Shown here one piece after another: positions 32,208-41,835 of a stretch of 64,000 nucleotides of DNA (within the stretch, counting starts at the first letter, position 1; every line of letters starts with the position of its first letter). The notes beneath the pieces are model-generated. The model worked only from the letters and a program-made list of their open reading frames with translations, made no database searches and was not told where the DNA came from. The DNA is from Desulfomicrobium sp. (GTDB lineage: Bacteria > Desulfobacterota > Desulfovibrionia > Desulfovibrionales > Desulfomicrobiaceae). The translations under genes and the position numbers were made by a program. The stretch covers positions 1,504,001 through 1,568,000 of the forward strand of contig JAXGMI010000001.1 in assembly GCA_040768745.1 (NCBI GenBank), in the 5' to 3' direction.

Positions 32208-35200
32208 CTACACCTTCTGCCCGCACGCCGGGCAGAACCTGAAGTCGTCCCTGGTCACCGGCGCGGAGCAGGTCGGGCATTTGCGCGGCGCGGGCACGAG
32301 CACGACCAGGAGTTCGCCTTCCTTGACCGGGACCATCTTCTTGTCCTCCTGGTAGTCGGCGAATTTGAGCACCCGCTCGACCATGCCGTCCACAGGGGCC
32401 AGCACGGACTTTTCCTGCTTCATGATGGAGATGTTGAAGAGCTCCTCGCCCTTCCTGACCATGTCCCCGGGCTTGACATGCACGACCCACAGGTCCCCGC
32501 TGGAAGGCGAGCCGACCTGGTACGGATCCCTCGTGTCGGCCATCTCCACGCCTGTCTCCGCATGTCCGGCCGCTTCGGCCACCTTGACCTGTTGACTGAA
32601 GGATTCGGAGTCGAGGGTGTAGGAGACGAGGCTCATGCCGTGGTCGTCGGGCCGGGAGACGTGCTTCATGCTCAGCACGTGGTGCTTGCCTTTGCTGTCC
32701 TTGAACATGATCTCGTCACCGGCCTTCAGACCCTCGAACCAGACATGCAGGGGCAGGCGGTTGCAGTCGCCATACCGGGCCACGAACTTGATGGTATTGA
32801 GCGCATCGCCAGGGTGACTCAGGTACATGAGGAATTCCTCTTCCGTGGGCGTGCGGCCGATGTGCTCGGCCAGGCTCTGCTGCTCCTTGGCCACGTTCAC
32901 CTCCGGCAGCGTCGCCAGGGGCGACGACTCGGTGCGGCGGGCAATGGCGGCCTTGTACTCCGGGCCGAAGGCCGATTCGTAGACCCATTCCGGCGGGAAA
33001 CCCAGGGGCAGGCGGCCAAACTTCCCCAGGAGGAGGTTGCGGAAGGCGTCGTTGGCATCCTGATAGATCTCCAGGCGCGCGGCCCGGATCTCGTCGGTCA
33101 GACTCGCTTCGGGCAAGGTGACGACCTGATCCAGGACGGACAGGAGCTTGCGCAGCCCACGCCGCCCGCCGCGCTTGTAGGCGCCGGTCACGGCCAGGAA
33201 GGCCGTGTTCCAAGTGATCTGCGAGCCCGGCGTGACGTCGTGGTAGCGCACGATCTTGCGGATGCCGGCCAGGAACTTGAGCATGTACGGCAAGAGGTGG
33301 ATGTAGCCCTGCTTCATGGCCCCTTCCTGGGACGAGGAGGTCGCGCCGCCGGGCATGCCGTGCTCGATGACGTCGTAGTCGATGCCCTGGAAGTAGGGGG
33401 CCGTGTAGCGGTCGTAGTAGGGCATGATCTGCTTCAGCACGAAGCCCGTGGTGCGGATCATGTCCTTGTTCAGGTTGGTCTTCAGGCCCAGTTCCTCGAT
33501 GTAGGCCGCCGTGGAGAGCACCTCGCCCTGGCCGTACCAGCGCACCGAGGCGCCGATGGCCGTGTCCACGATGTGCGCGCCGGCCTTGGCCGCCGCAGCC
33601 ACGGCGGGAACAAAGAGGCCGTCGGTGTAGTGGCGGTGATAGTGCAGGATCAGGTCGGGGTGGGCCTGGCGGATGGCCGTGACCAGTTCGGTCATGAAGA
33701 TCGGCGGGCATGACCCGGCCATGTCCTTGAGGCCCAGGATGAACGTCTTTTCCGCCGCGTCCTTGGAGCAGCCCAGGACCTGGGCGTTCATGTCTATGAT
33801 CTCCTGCACCACGCCGAGGTAGTGCGGCACGTCGAAGCCCTTGGCGAAGGACAGGGAGATGGCCGGTTCCCAGATGTTTTTGCTTGAAGCCAGGGCCATC
33901 TCGGCGAAGGGGCGCATGTTTTCGATGTGGTTCAGGAAATCGAAACAGCGCAACACGTCGTAGTGCTCGCAGATCATCTTGCCGGCGCGGCGCATGATGT
34001 TGCGCGGCAGGGGCTTGTAGCCGAGCACGTTGGTGGAACGGATGAGCAGCTGCTTCAGGGTCTTGGGCGCGAACTCGTTCCACTCGCGGGCTTCGGAGAA
34101 GGGGTAGGTCATGTTCGCGAGCATCGCCACGTGGAAATGCGCCCCGCCGCCGTTCTCCAGGGAGAAGAAGCCGCAGTTGTCCAGATAGGGGCCGATGATG
34201 CGGTCTTCGGCCAGCCGGAAACGGTTGCCCGAGTTGGACTGCGTGATGTCGCGGGCGGTGGTGTCCGTGAAATGGACGTGGCCGGAATCGCGAACGTACG
34301 ACAGGATCGCGTCGCGGTCGCCGCGCGGGTACGGGTAGTGGTAGTACTCGGGCTCGATGGCCGGCAGGGAAGGCTTGAAGGCGTCCATGCGCTTGCCTTC
34401 CCGCGTGCGGTACTCGCCGAGCTTGACGTGCGGGTTGTAGCCGTGGGCCGAGATCTCGGCCACCAGGCGCGACAGGCGCACCGCCTCGGACTCCTTGTCC
34501 ATGTAGTTCATGAGCTCCGGCGCGCTGGCCACGAACTTGGTGTCGTAGTCGCCGCTGCGGAAGCGCGGGTGGGCGATGATCTGCCGGTGGAACAGGATGG
34601 TCGTCTTGATGCCCCCGATGATGTATTCGCCCAAGGCCCGCTCCATGATGCCCAGGACCTTGTTCCACTGCGGGCCGTAGGCGATGAGCAGCGACGCTGC
34701 CGAGTCATACTGGGCCGGGAACTCGTAGCCGGCGCACACGCACGAGTCCACCCGCACGCCGGGTCCCCCCGGCGACATGTAGCGCGTGATGCGGCCCGCA
34801 TTGGGCGCGAAATTGTGCTGCGGGTCCTCGCAATTGACCCGGACCTGGATGGCGTGGCTCTTGGGCGTGCAGTTCTCGTCGGAGAGGCGCAGCTCGGCCC
34901 CGAAGGCCACGGCGATCTGTTCCTCCACCAGGTCGATGCCGTAGCGGCACTCGGTGATGCCATGTTCGACCTGCAGGCGGGTGTTGACCTCGATGAGGTA
35001 TGCCTCGCCCTTGGAATCCACGAGAAACTCCACCGTGCACAGGGAGTGGTAGCCCACGGCCTGCACCAGCTGGCGCGAGTAGGCCTTGAGCTGGTCGCGC
35101 AGCTCCTGGGTCATGCCCGTCCACGGGGACGGCGTGATCTCCACCAGCTTCTGGTGGTTACGCTGCACCGTGCAGTCGCGCTCGTCGAAGGCGAAGACGT

Positions 35201-35897
35201 TGCCGTACTTGTCGGCGATGACCTGGATCTCGATGTGCCGCACGGAGGTCAGCAGCCGTTCGACGTAGAGACGCGGATTGCCGAAGGACGCCTGGGCCAG
35301 GGTCGAGGCCTTGACGAAGGCGTCGGCCAGCTGGTCCTGGCTGAAAACTTCATAGATGCCGCGGCCACCCCCGCCGCCCTCGGCCTTGAGCATGACCGGC
35401 AGACCGATCTCCACCGCCACCTGCCTGGCCTCTTCCACGGACACGGCCCCTTCGGAACCCGGCACCACCGGAATGCCCAGCTTCTGGGCCAGGGTGCGGA
35501 CCTGCACCTTGTTGCCCAGCAGGCGCATGGCCTCGGACGTGGGGCCGATGAAGAGAATGCCGGCTTCGGCGCATTTGGACGGGAAGGAGTCATCCTCGGA
35601 GGCGAAGCCCCAGCCGGGGTGGATGGCCGCCACGCCTCTGGCCTTGGCCATGGCGATGATCTTGTCGATGTCGAGATAGGCCCGCGGGTTCTCCCCGAGA
35701 TGCAGAAGTTCCTGTGCACCGGCGGTGAAGGGCGCGGTCTTGTCCACGTCCGTGGCCGTGATCATGGGCACGGCCTGGAACACCTCCTTGATGGAACGGA
35801 CTATCCGTCTGGCCGGGATGCCGCGGTTGGCGACAAGGATCCTCTTGCCCCGGATGTCCCGGGACACTTCTTCAAAACTGCGGGGATTCTGATACAT
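32208..35897 (-). CDS. pyc: pyruvate carboxylase (BC-CT-BCCP) with C-terminal zinc ribbon
   Basis: ILVANRG, HPGWGF and EVNTRLQVEH (biotin carboxylase); DTTARD, LKDMAG, HYHRH and VTPGSQ (carboxyltransferase); IMKQE biotin lysine; CPTC...CPACG tail. Confidence 0.95.
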   Translation of the reverse strand: MYQNPRSFEEVSRDIRGKRILVANRGIPARRIVRSIKEVFQAVPMITATDVDKTAPFTAGAQELLHLGENPRAYLDIDKIIAMAKARGVAAIHPGWGFASEDDSFPSKCAEAGILFIGPTSEAMRLLGNKVQVRTLAQKLGIPVVPGSEGAVSVEEARQVAVEIGLPVMLKAEGGGGGRGIYEVFSQDQLADAFVKASTLAQASFGNPRLYVERLLTSVRHIEIQVIADKYGNVFAFDERDCTVQRNHQKLVEITPSPWTGMTQELRDQLKAYSRQLVQAVGYHSLCTVEFLVDSKGEAYLIEVNTRLQVEHGITECRYGIDLVEEQIAVAFGAELRLSDENCTPKSHAIQVRVNCEDPQHNFAPNAGRITRYMSPGGPGVRVDSCVCAGYEFPAQYDSAASLLIAYGPQWNKVLGIMERALGEYIIGGIKTTILFHRQIIAHPRFRSGDYDTKFVASAPELMNYMDKESEAVRLSRLVAEISAHGYNPHVKLGEYRTREGKRMDAFKPSLPAIEPEYYHYPYPRGDRDAILSYVRDSGHVHFTDTTARDITQSNSGNRFRLAEDRIIGPYLDNCGFFSLENGGGAHFHVAMLANMTYPFSEAREWNEFAPKTLKQLLIRSTNVLGYKPLPRNIMRRAGKMICEHYDVLRCFDFLNHIENMRPFAEMALASSKNIWEPAISLSFAKGFDVPHYLGVVQEIIDMNAQVLGCSKDAAEKTFILGLKDMAGSCPPIFMTELVTAIRQAHPDLILHYHRHYTDGLFVPAVAAAAKAGAHIVDTAIGASVRWYGQGEVLSTAAYIEELGLKTNLNKDMIRTTGFVLKQIMPYYDRYTAPYFQGIDYDVIEHGMPGGATSSSQEGAMKQGYIHLLPYMLKFLAGIRKIVRYHDVTPGSQITWNTAFLAVTGAYKRGGRRGLRKLLSVLDQVVTLPEASLTDEIRAARLEIYQDANDAFRNLLLGKFGRLPLGFPPEWVYESAFGPEYKAAIARRTESSPLATLPEVNVAKEQQSLAEHIGRTPTEEEFLMYLSHPGDALNTIKFVARYGDCNRLPLHVWFEGLKAGDEIMFKDSKGKHHVLSMKHVSRPDDHGMSLVSYTLDSESFSQQVKVAEAAGHAETGVEMADTRDPYQVGSPSSGDLWVVHVKPGDMVRKGEELFNISIMKQEKSVLAPVDGMVERVLKFADYQEDKKMVPVKEGELLVVLVPAPRKCPTCSAPVTRDDFRFCPACGQKV

Positions 35898-35993
35898 ATG
35901 ACACCACTTTGAGGTTGATCACGCAACAATATTTTGGAGGTTTAATCCAAATGCGTTGATTTTGTTAATTTAATAAATGCAATATACGATCTC

Positions 35994-36170
35994 ACTGCAA
36001 AAAATCGTCATTCCTTTGGAGAAGGGAATACCATTATGCTTTTTCAACTGTCTGAAAAGAGTGTCATTCACCCTCTCGGACAAAGCCCGTCTCCCCTGAC
36101 TGGCACACGTTCGCGGGCTTGTGCCCGACAGGATGAATGACACTCAGCCTTGTTTGCGACTTTTTGCAGT
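35994..36170. repeat. nested-palindrome REP/MITE-like element
   Basis: Outer IR ACTGCAAAAAATCG/CGACTTTTTGCAGT (1 mismatch); inner perfect IR GAGTGTCATTCA (36059-36070)/TGAATGACACTC (36134-36145); GTCATTCC...GGAAT hairpin. Confidence 0.65.
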
Positions 36171-36180
36171 AACGTCAAAT

Positions 36181-36214
36181 AGGCTATGCTCCGAATATAT
36201 TCGGAGCATAGCCT
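36181..36214. repeat. perfect 34-bp palindrome (possible terminator of the Ldh_2 gene)
   Basis: AGGCTATGCTCCGAATATATTCGGAGCATAGCCT equals its own reverse complement. Confidence 0.8.
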
Positions 36215-36282
36215 TGCAGATGTATCAATAATTACGTTTGAATTTTTGACCAGGAAAATAGCCGTAGATCTTGAAGGTCGAT

Positions 36283-37287
36283 TTAATATTTTCCGTCTGC
36301 CAAATTGTGTAATTTTTCATATAGACTATCAGGCAAATTCACACCTTGAATTCTGGACTTTGCCCTGGTTTCAAAGCGACGCACCCCCGGAATACGCGTG
36401 CCAGGTTGTTTCAAGATGAAGGTGCACAAAGCTTGAACCTGGTTTGCAAAAGACGCATTAAGACGCTGCACATCCAGAAGGAAAAAAGTCTGCCCTATTC
36501 CCGGAGCTGGGCCATCCGGATCAAAAAAGGAGCTGGCCTCATAACCGTAATTGGCGCCGTTGACCGTCGCAGCCAAAATTTCCACCATCATGGCCAATGC
36601 TGCGCCCTTAGCGTCTCCCATGGGTATCATAGATCCCTTGAGGGCGGCTTCTGGATCGGTGGTTGGTTTACCATCGGCGTCTACGGCCCAACCTTCGGGA
36701 ATGGACGTTTCACCCTTTTCTTTGGCGTTGACAATTTGTCCCCGCGCCACCTTGCTCAGCGCCATATCCACTACCAGGGGGTCAAAACTGCCTCGAGGAC
36801 AACCAAAGGCGATGGGATTCGTGCCAAACGTGGCCTTGTTTCCTTTCCAAGGCATCATGGCCGCCGGGGAATTCGTGAAGGCGAGCGCCAGAAGACCTTC
36901 ACGAGCCATGCTTTCCACCCAGTGTCCCATGCAGCCGCTGTGATGTGAACGCGTGACACCCAGCAGGGCCAGACCGTTAATCCTGGCAACAGTCAAGGTT
37001 TTTTGCAGGCCCTGCGCAATGGCCGGGAAGGCTAGTCCATGGCAAGCATCCACCCGCACCAGGGCCGGAGCGGGTTGGCTGACAACCGGAACGGCTTTGC
37101 TGTTTACTTTTCCAGAGCGTATTTGGTCAATATAGAACGGAACGCGCGAAAAACCATGTGAGGGAATGCCATCCAATTCAGCAAGTACCAAGGGATTAAC
37201 AACGTCGCGGGCCACGAAGTCCGCTAGGCCTGCGACAATAAAGATCTTGAAGCCCAGCTCACGCAACGCACATTCTTGTATAATCAT
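36283..37287 (-). CDS. Ldh_2 family (malate/L-lactate/L-sulfolactate) oxidoreductase, ComC-like
   Basis: AELDGIPSHG, SHHSG, FGTNPIAFG, GWAVDADGKPTTDP and KGAALAMMVEIL motifs. Confidence 0.88.
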   Translation of the reverse strand: MIIQECALRELGFKIFIVAGLADFVARDVVNPLVLAELDGIPSHGFSRVPFYIDQIRSGKVNSKAVPVVSQPAPALVRVDACHGLAFPAIAQGLQKTLTVARINGLALLGVTRSHHSGCMGHWVESMAREGLLALAFTNSPAAMMPWKGNKATFGTNPIAFGCPRGSFDPLVVDMALSKVARGQIVNAKEKGETSIPEGWAVDADGKPTTDPEAALKGSMIPMGDAKGAALAMMVEILAATVNGANYGYEASSFFDPDGPAPGIGQTFFLLDVQRLNASFANQVQALCTFILKQPGTRIPGVRRFETRAKSRIQGVNLPDSLYEKLHNLADGKY

Positions 37288-37480
37288 ACGCCATCCTAAG
37301 CATTTATTGTCTCAGCAAAATTACTCGGCGTTAATCTGTGCCGAAAAAAATCTCAACAGTTTCGCATTTCATTCTAAAAAAAACTTAAAAGATTTGTAAA
37401 AATTCTGAACGATCAAATATCAAGACATCTTCACTGAAATTTGTCTTCTTTATAAAACTATCAAAATAATCAATCAAATG

Positions 37481-37529
37481 AAAAATAAAATTGACCTAAT
37501 GGATTATATCTCCAAATAGGTCAATTTTA
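37481..37529 (-). terminator. AT-rich hairpin, candidate terminator of the tctA transcript (now separated from it by the IS3-family element)
   Basis: 13-bp IR TAAAATTGACCTA/TAGGTCAATTTTA followed by T5 on the minus strand; could instead be a regulator site. Confidence 0.45.
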
Positions 37530-37695
37530 ATACGATTCATAAAACAAAATATAAAGTTGTAAAATGATTCCATAATTAACTAGATAAATTCTATTCCAAA
37601 GAAGTCGATTACTCCTTATTAAAGGGTAAATTTAAAGTTAATACAAGTCAAAAAGCTGTATCGGTCTACGGTTTTTTGGACACGTTTTTGGTTAA

Positions 37696-38586
37696 TCAAG
37701 CCGCAACGTTCACGGCCTCTTTCTGGATGGCCCGCACCGCTGCCGGAGTCTTGTAGCCGTGGCGTCCAATGATCCATTCCCGGTTGTACGTCTCCTTGAA
37801 CTCCAAGAGGGCAAGTCGGAGTTCCTCGACCGTATCGAACCGCCGGACCCAGAGCAGGTTTTCCTTGAGCGTGCGCACGAACCTCTCGGCGATGCCGTTG
37901 CCTTGGGGTTCTCTGACGAAAGCAGGCGAACTCCGGATGCCCAGGAAGGAAACCTCCTCTTGAAACACACTGGAAACGTACTGGCTACCATTGTCATGTC
38001 GCAGGGTCAGGCCCTCTGCCACGGCGGGTCCAAAGGCTCCAAAGCTGTGGCGCACACCTTGGCGAATCGGCTCCAGGGCTTCAAAGCGCGTCCCGTACTT
38101 AGCGGCGTGGATGCCGACACACTCCAGAGAGCAGTGGTCCACGGCCAGGAAGATCGAAGCGTTGCCTTCCTGCATGGTCATCGTCGTGGTCATGTCCGTG
38201 CCCCACATCTCGTCCACCCGGGCAGTCTTGATCGTCCCGTCATGCGCCTTGGGGCCATGCGGCCTGCCGGGCTTGCGCACTGCGAGCAGGTTGTTCTCTC
38301 TCATGATCCGAAGCGTTCGCAGGGGGGACGTTCTGATGCCCTCAAAACGCAACCTGGCCCACACTTTCCGATAGCCTTCACCAGTAAAAGGGGAGTTCTG
38401 GATGCATGCCACGATGTGCCCGAACAACTCCCCATCACTGTGGAAGCCAATAGGGCCTCGGCGGCTTGGTGTGCCCTCATTCGCAACCTTGCGTGCATAA
38501 TGCGTGGACCTGGGGAGATTCCAGACCCGGCAAACCAGCACCAGCCCATACGTCTGACCAGTGGAGGGCGAGGTGGACCGGCTCAT
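37696..38586 (-). CDS. IS3-family transposase OrfB (rve integrase core)
   Basis: GYRKV, WGTDMT, RHDNGSQY and PQGNGIAERFVRTLKE. Confidence 0.92.
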   Translation of the reverse strand: MSRSTSPSTGQTYGLVLVCRVWNLPRSTHYARKVANEGTPSRRGPIGFHSDGELFGHIVACIQNSPFTGEGYRKVWARLRFEGIRTSPLRTLRIMRENNLLAVRKPGRPHGPKAHDGTIKTARVDEMWGTDMTTTMTMQEGNASIFLAVDHCSLECVGIHAAKYGTRFEALEPIRQGVRHSFGAFGPAVAEGLTLRHDNGSQYVSSVFQEEVSFLGIRSSPAFVREPQGNGIAERFVRTLKENLLWVRRFDTVEELRLALLEFKETYNREWIIGRHGYKTPAAVRAIQKEAVNVAA

Positions 38587-38972
38587 TTCCTCGACCTCCG
38601 CAACCCCAAAGGGTCTTTTGCCTCCATCATTCGGATCTTCTCGCGGAGCAGTTCTATCTCCATGGTCTGCTCGCCGATTTTCTCATTGAGGCGCTTGTAT
38701 TCGGCCTCCTCCGCCGGAGAGCGTTTTTTGAGACTATCCGCGCCACCGGCCAGAAAGGCATCTCTCCATTGTGAGAGCGTGGCAGCCGTCACGCCGAGTT
38801 CCCGACTGAGCGTTTCGATGTCTTCACCACGCAGAAGCCGGAGGACGGCCTCGGTCTTGTGCTGTGCCCAGAATCGCTTGGGAGTTGCCTTCGTCTCCCC
38901 GGTTCCAGTCGGCCTACGGCCTCCCTCCACCGGGGAGACGGCTGAAATATCCTTGTCGCTTTGTTTGCTCAT
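38583..38972 (-). CDS. IS3-family OrfA (HTH)
   Basis: KTEAVLRLLRGEDIETLSRELGVTAATLSQWR; ATGA overlap with orfB. Confidence 0.88.
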   Translation of the reverse strand: MSKQSDKDISAVSPVEGGRRPTGTGETKATPKRFWAQHKTEAVLRLLRGEDIETLSRELGVTAATLSQWRDAFLAGGADSLKKRSPAEEAEYKRLNEKIGEQTMEIELLREKIRMMEAKDPLGLRRSRK

Positions 38973-39097
38973 GAATCACCTCATGGGGAGTCTCTCTACT
39001 CCCAATTTGGTGTCCAAGAAAACCCTATCCCAGAGGAAAGCGTTATAAGGATTGAGCTTAAAAAAAATTGATTCTCCAAAAGCGCACCCACTATCTG

Positions 39098-39843
39098 CTA
39101 TCCTTCTTGAGGTAGAGCTTTGTGTTTATAATTCATGTATATTGTGTATGCAATTGACGCAATCGCCAAAATAAAGAAAATCCATGAAATGATCGACTGG
39201 AAAAAAATGCTCAGTGATCCGTGAGAAATTAGAAGTGATCGTTGTAAATTATCTTCAAACAAAGGACCTAGAACAAAAGCCACAAGCAATGGAGCCTCAG
39301 GAAATTTTAAAACAGATAATATATACCCTAAAACACCCAAAAGTCCCATAACTACGACATCAAACATGCTGTTGTTAATAGAAAATGCCCCAAAACAGCA
39401 TATTAATAATATGGACGGAAATAAAATCTGTTTTGGAACAAGGGCTATTTTTGCGAAACTTTTAATGCAACCAATTCCTGTAACAAACATAAAAAGAGAG
39501 CTGATCATGATGCCGATGTATACTGCATATACTACAATGATATTTTCCTGAAAAAGCAAAGGTCCAGGCGTAAGATTATGCATCATGAACGCGCCTAGAA
39601 TCACAGCCGTGACCACATCGCCGGGAACACCAAGAGAAAGTAAAGGAATGAGTGTTGCGCCGGCGCATCCGTTATTGCCGGATTCTGCAGCGGCTATACC
39701 TTCAACTTCACCTTTGCCGAAATTGTCTTTCACGCGAGAAGACCGCTTGGCCTCGTTATACGACATGTAAGCGGCAGGCGCGCCTCCAATGCCAGGAATA
39801 GCGCCAAGAATGACGCCAATGATGCTGCCCCGAATGATGGTCT
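39098..39843 (-). pseudogene. tctA: 3' half of tripartite tricarboxylate transporter permease TctA, truncated by IS1634
   Basis: GAIPGIGG...FGKGEVEGIAAAESGNN...IPLLSLGVPGD...PGPLLF; reading frame runs into the IS1634 IR at 39844. Confidence 0.88.
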
Positions 39844-41719
39844 CCCAAGTTTGACAGCGGCCTGAGGCTAACATCTCGAAGTTATGACTTATATTGATTT
39901 TTGATATCCGATTTGTAGTACGTACAAAATAGACATAAACATTGCTATTCATGAATAATAATGCTACTCGTAGTTTATGTTTGTACGAATAGCCAAGCAG
40001 AAACGAGGCGACAAAGTCTACCGCCATCTTCAGATCGCGGAATCTTTCCGTGATCCCGAGAAAGGCGGATCTCCGCGCACACGCATCCTGGCTCATCTCG
40101 GCACTATCGAGAGTTTGGGCGAAGACCAGGTCGAGAGACTCATCGCTGGCTTCCAGAAAGCTCTCGGTCGAGACCCGGTTCAGACTGGACCGCCGCTCCT
40201 CACGTTTGCACGTGATTTCGGACATGTTCACGCGGTCAAACATCTCTGGGAAATCCTGGGACTCTCCAAAGCCCTGGCCCGTGCAGGAGTAAAGACCGGG
40301 GCCGGGATGGATTATGCTGAACTGATCAAGTTGCTGATCGTCAATCGACTCTGCGATCCGTGCTCCAAACTGGCGCTACTGGATTGGCTCGATGGCGTCT
40401 GGCTTTCTGGATTTGAGCAACACCGCCCGGCCTATCACCATCTCCTGCGCGCCATGGATAGATTGCTGGATGCGAAGGAAGCTTTGGAGCCCTTGATAGC
40501 CAAGCGCTTCATGCCCAAGGCGCATTGGGAAGGCGACCTGCTCTTCTATGACATCACTTCCACATGGTTCGACGGGGATCGATCGTTGGTGGAGGATGAC
40601 ATTCGGCGCTTCGGATACAGTCGCGATGGCCGGTTTGATCGGCGCCAAATCACCATCGGCGTGGTCATGGGCAAGGACGGCATACCGCTTTGCCACCATG
40701 TCTTTCCGGGGAACACCGTGGATAAGACCACTGTGGTTGAGGTGGTGAAGGATCTGAAGACTCGCTTCAAGCTACGCAGCGTGGTGTTTGTCGGGGACAG
40801 GGGAATGCTCTCGGACCAAAATCTCGAGACGTTGCTGGCCGAGGAATTCGGCTTCATCGTGGCGCATCCATTGCGTCGTGGAGAGGAGGCGCGGAGCGTG
40901 ATCGAGGCGTTGCGTCTTAAGATCTCGTTTAATGGGCAGGACGAGGAGATTGTCGAGGAAGTTCGCAGCGGGGTCCGGTTCGTTATGGCCTATTCTCCGA
41001 AGATCGCAGCCGAAACCAAGGCGAACCGCCAGGAGCGCCTTGCCAAGGCCGATGCCAAGATCCGGGAAATACTCGCCCCAAGGTCAGGCAAGGGACGCAA
41101 ACCAAGCCCACAGGGTCAATACGACCGCATCAGGGATTACCTGCGTGACAAGGGCTTGCTCTCATTGTTCCAAGTTGCGCTCACTCAGGATCAGGTCATC
41201 GTCAAGGCCCACAGGAAACGCAGGGCTTGGGAGGAAAAGATCGATGGCGTCTTGCTTCTCGAAACAACCGACATGGATGCACCATGCGCAGACATTATCA
41301 AACATTACAAAGAGCTTGCTGAAATTGAACGGGGATGGAGAGCGCTCAAAAGCACCTTGGAACTACGCCCTGTGTATCACTGGACTGAGGAGCGAATCAG
41401 GGCACATGTGTTTGTCTGCGTGATCGCATTGCAGTTAGAGCGCTGGATGCGCAACAAGCTCAAAGGAATGGCAGTGTCTGTGCCGACAGCCATCCGCCTT
41501 CTGCGTCAGATCAAGATGGGGGAGATCATGGTCGGAGAGGAGACGCTGATGACTCCTAGTCGCCCCACGGACGCGCAGAAAAAGATCCTGCGTGCTCTGG
41601 GAGTCCCGCCGATCCCGACCCGTGGAGAAAAAGGAAATGTAGTGTAAACTCCAACTAGCGCCGAAGCGATAATATCCTAATTTTAAACAAATAAGCTCGA
41701 TATTGCTGTCAAACTTGGG
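39844..41719 (+). mobile_element. IS1634-family insertion sequence
   Basis: Perfect 15-bp terminal IRs CCCAAGTTTGACAGC/GCTGTCAAACTTGGG; no target duplication visible. Confidence 0.9.
39977..41647 (+). CDS. IS1634-family DDE transposase
   Basis: NRLCDPCSK, FYDITSTWF, FGYSRD, VGDRGM and IERGWRALKSTLELRPVYHW...RIRAHV. Confidence 0.93.
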   Translation: MFVRIAKQKRGDKVYRHLQIAESFRDPEKGGSPRTRILAHLGTIESLGEDQVERLIAGFQKALGRDPVQTGPPLLTFARDFGHVHAVKHLWEILGLSKALARAGVKTGAGMDYAELIKLLIVNRLCDPCSKLALLDWLDGVWLSGFEQHRPAYHHLLRAMDRLLDAKEALEPLIAKRFMPKAHWEGDLLFYDITSTWFDGDRSLVEDDIRRFGYSRDGRFDRRQITIGVVMGKDGIPLCHHVFPGNTVDKTTVVEVVKDLKTRFKLRSVVFVGDRGMLSDQNLETLLAEEFGFIVAHPLRRGEEARSVIEALRLKISFNGQDEEIVEEVRSGVRFVMAYSPKIAAETKANRQERLAKADAKIREILAPRSGKGRKPSPQGQYDRIRDYLRDKGLLSLFQVALTQDQVIVKAHRKRRAWEEKIDGVLLLETTDMDAPCADIIKHYKELAEIERGWRALKSTLELRPVYHWTEERIRAHVFVCVIALQLERWMRNKLKGMAVSVPTAIRLLRQIKMGEIMVGEETLMTPSRPTDAQKKILRALGVPPIPTRGEKGNVV

Positions 41720-41797
41720 TATTCCGCCATGTCGATGGACGAATTGCTTGAGCTGCCTCGCAAGAATCCCGTCAAAGGATTTATCGATGGCTTTTAA
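41720..41797 (+). pseudogene. 3' remnant of a gene truncated by IS1634 (probably the TRAP substrate-binding dctP)
   Basis: Open frame YSAMSMDELLELPRKNPVKGFIDGF* starts exactly at the IS end, followed by a hairpin and dctQ-dctM; identity inferred from position only. Confidence 0.45.
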
Positions 41798-41835
41798 ATA
41801 GGACTAGTGAATATTAGCTAGCACTTAGTAATTTG

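Larger units (their letters stand above)
37657..39037 (-). mobile_element. IS3-family insertion sequence
   Basis: Imperfect IRs TGTATCGGTCTACGGTTTTTTGGACAC and GTGTCCAAGAAAACCCTATCCCAGAGGA; flanking direct repeat AAGC (or AAAGC); orfA plus DDE orfB. Confidence 0.85.

Noticed and set aside
39098..40243. 381-aa ORF read as a full-length TctA
   Set aside because: The N-terminal third is read-through from the antisense strand of IS1634; TctA similarity starts at the IS end
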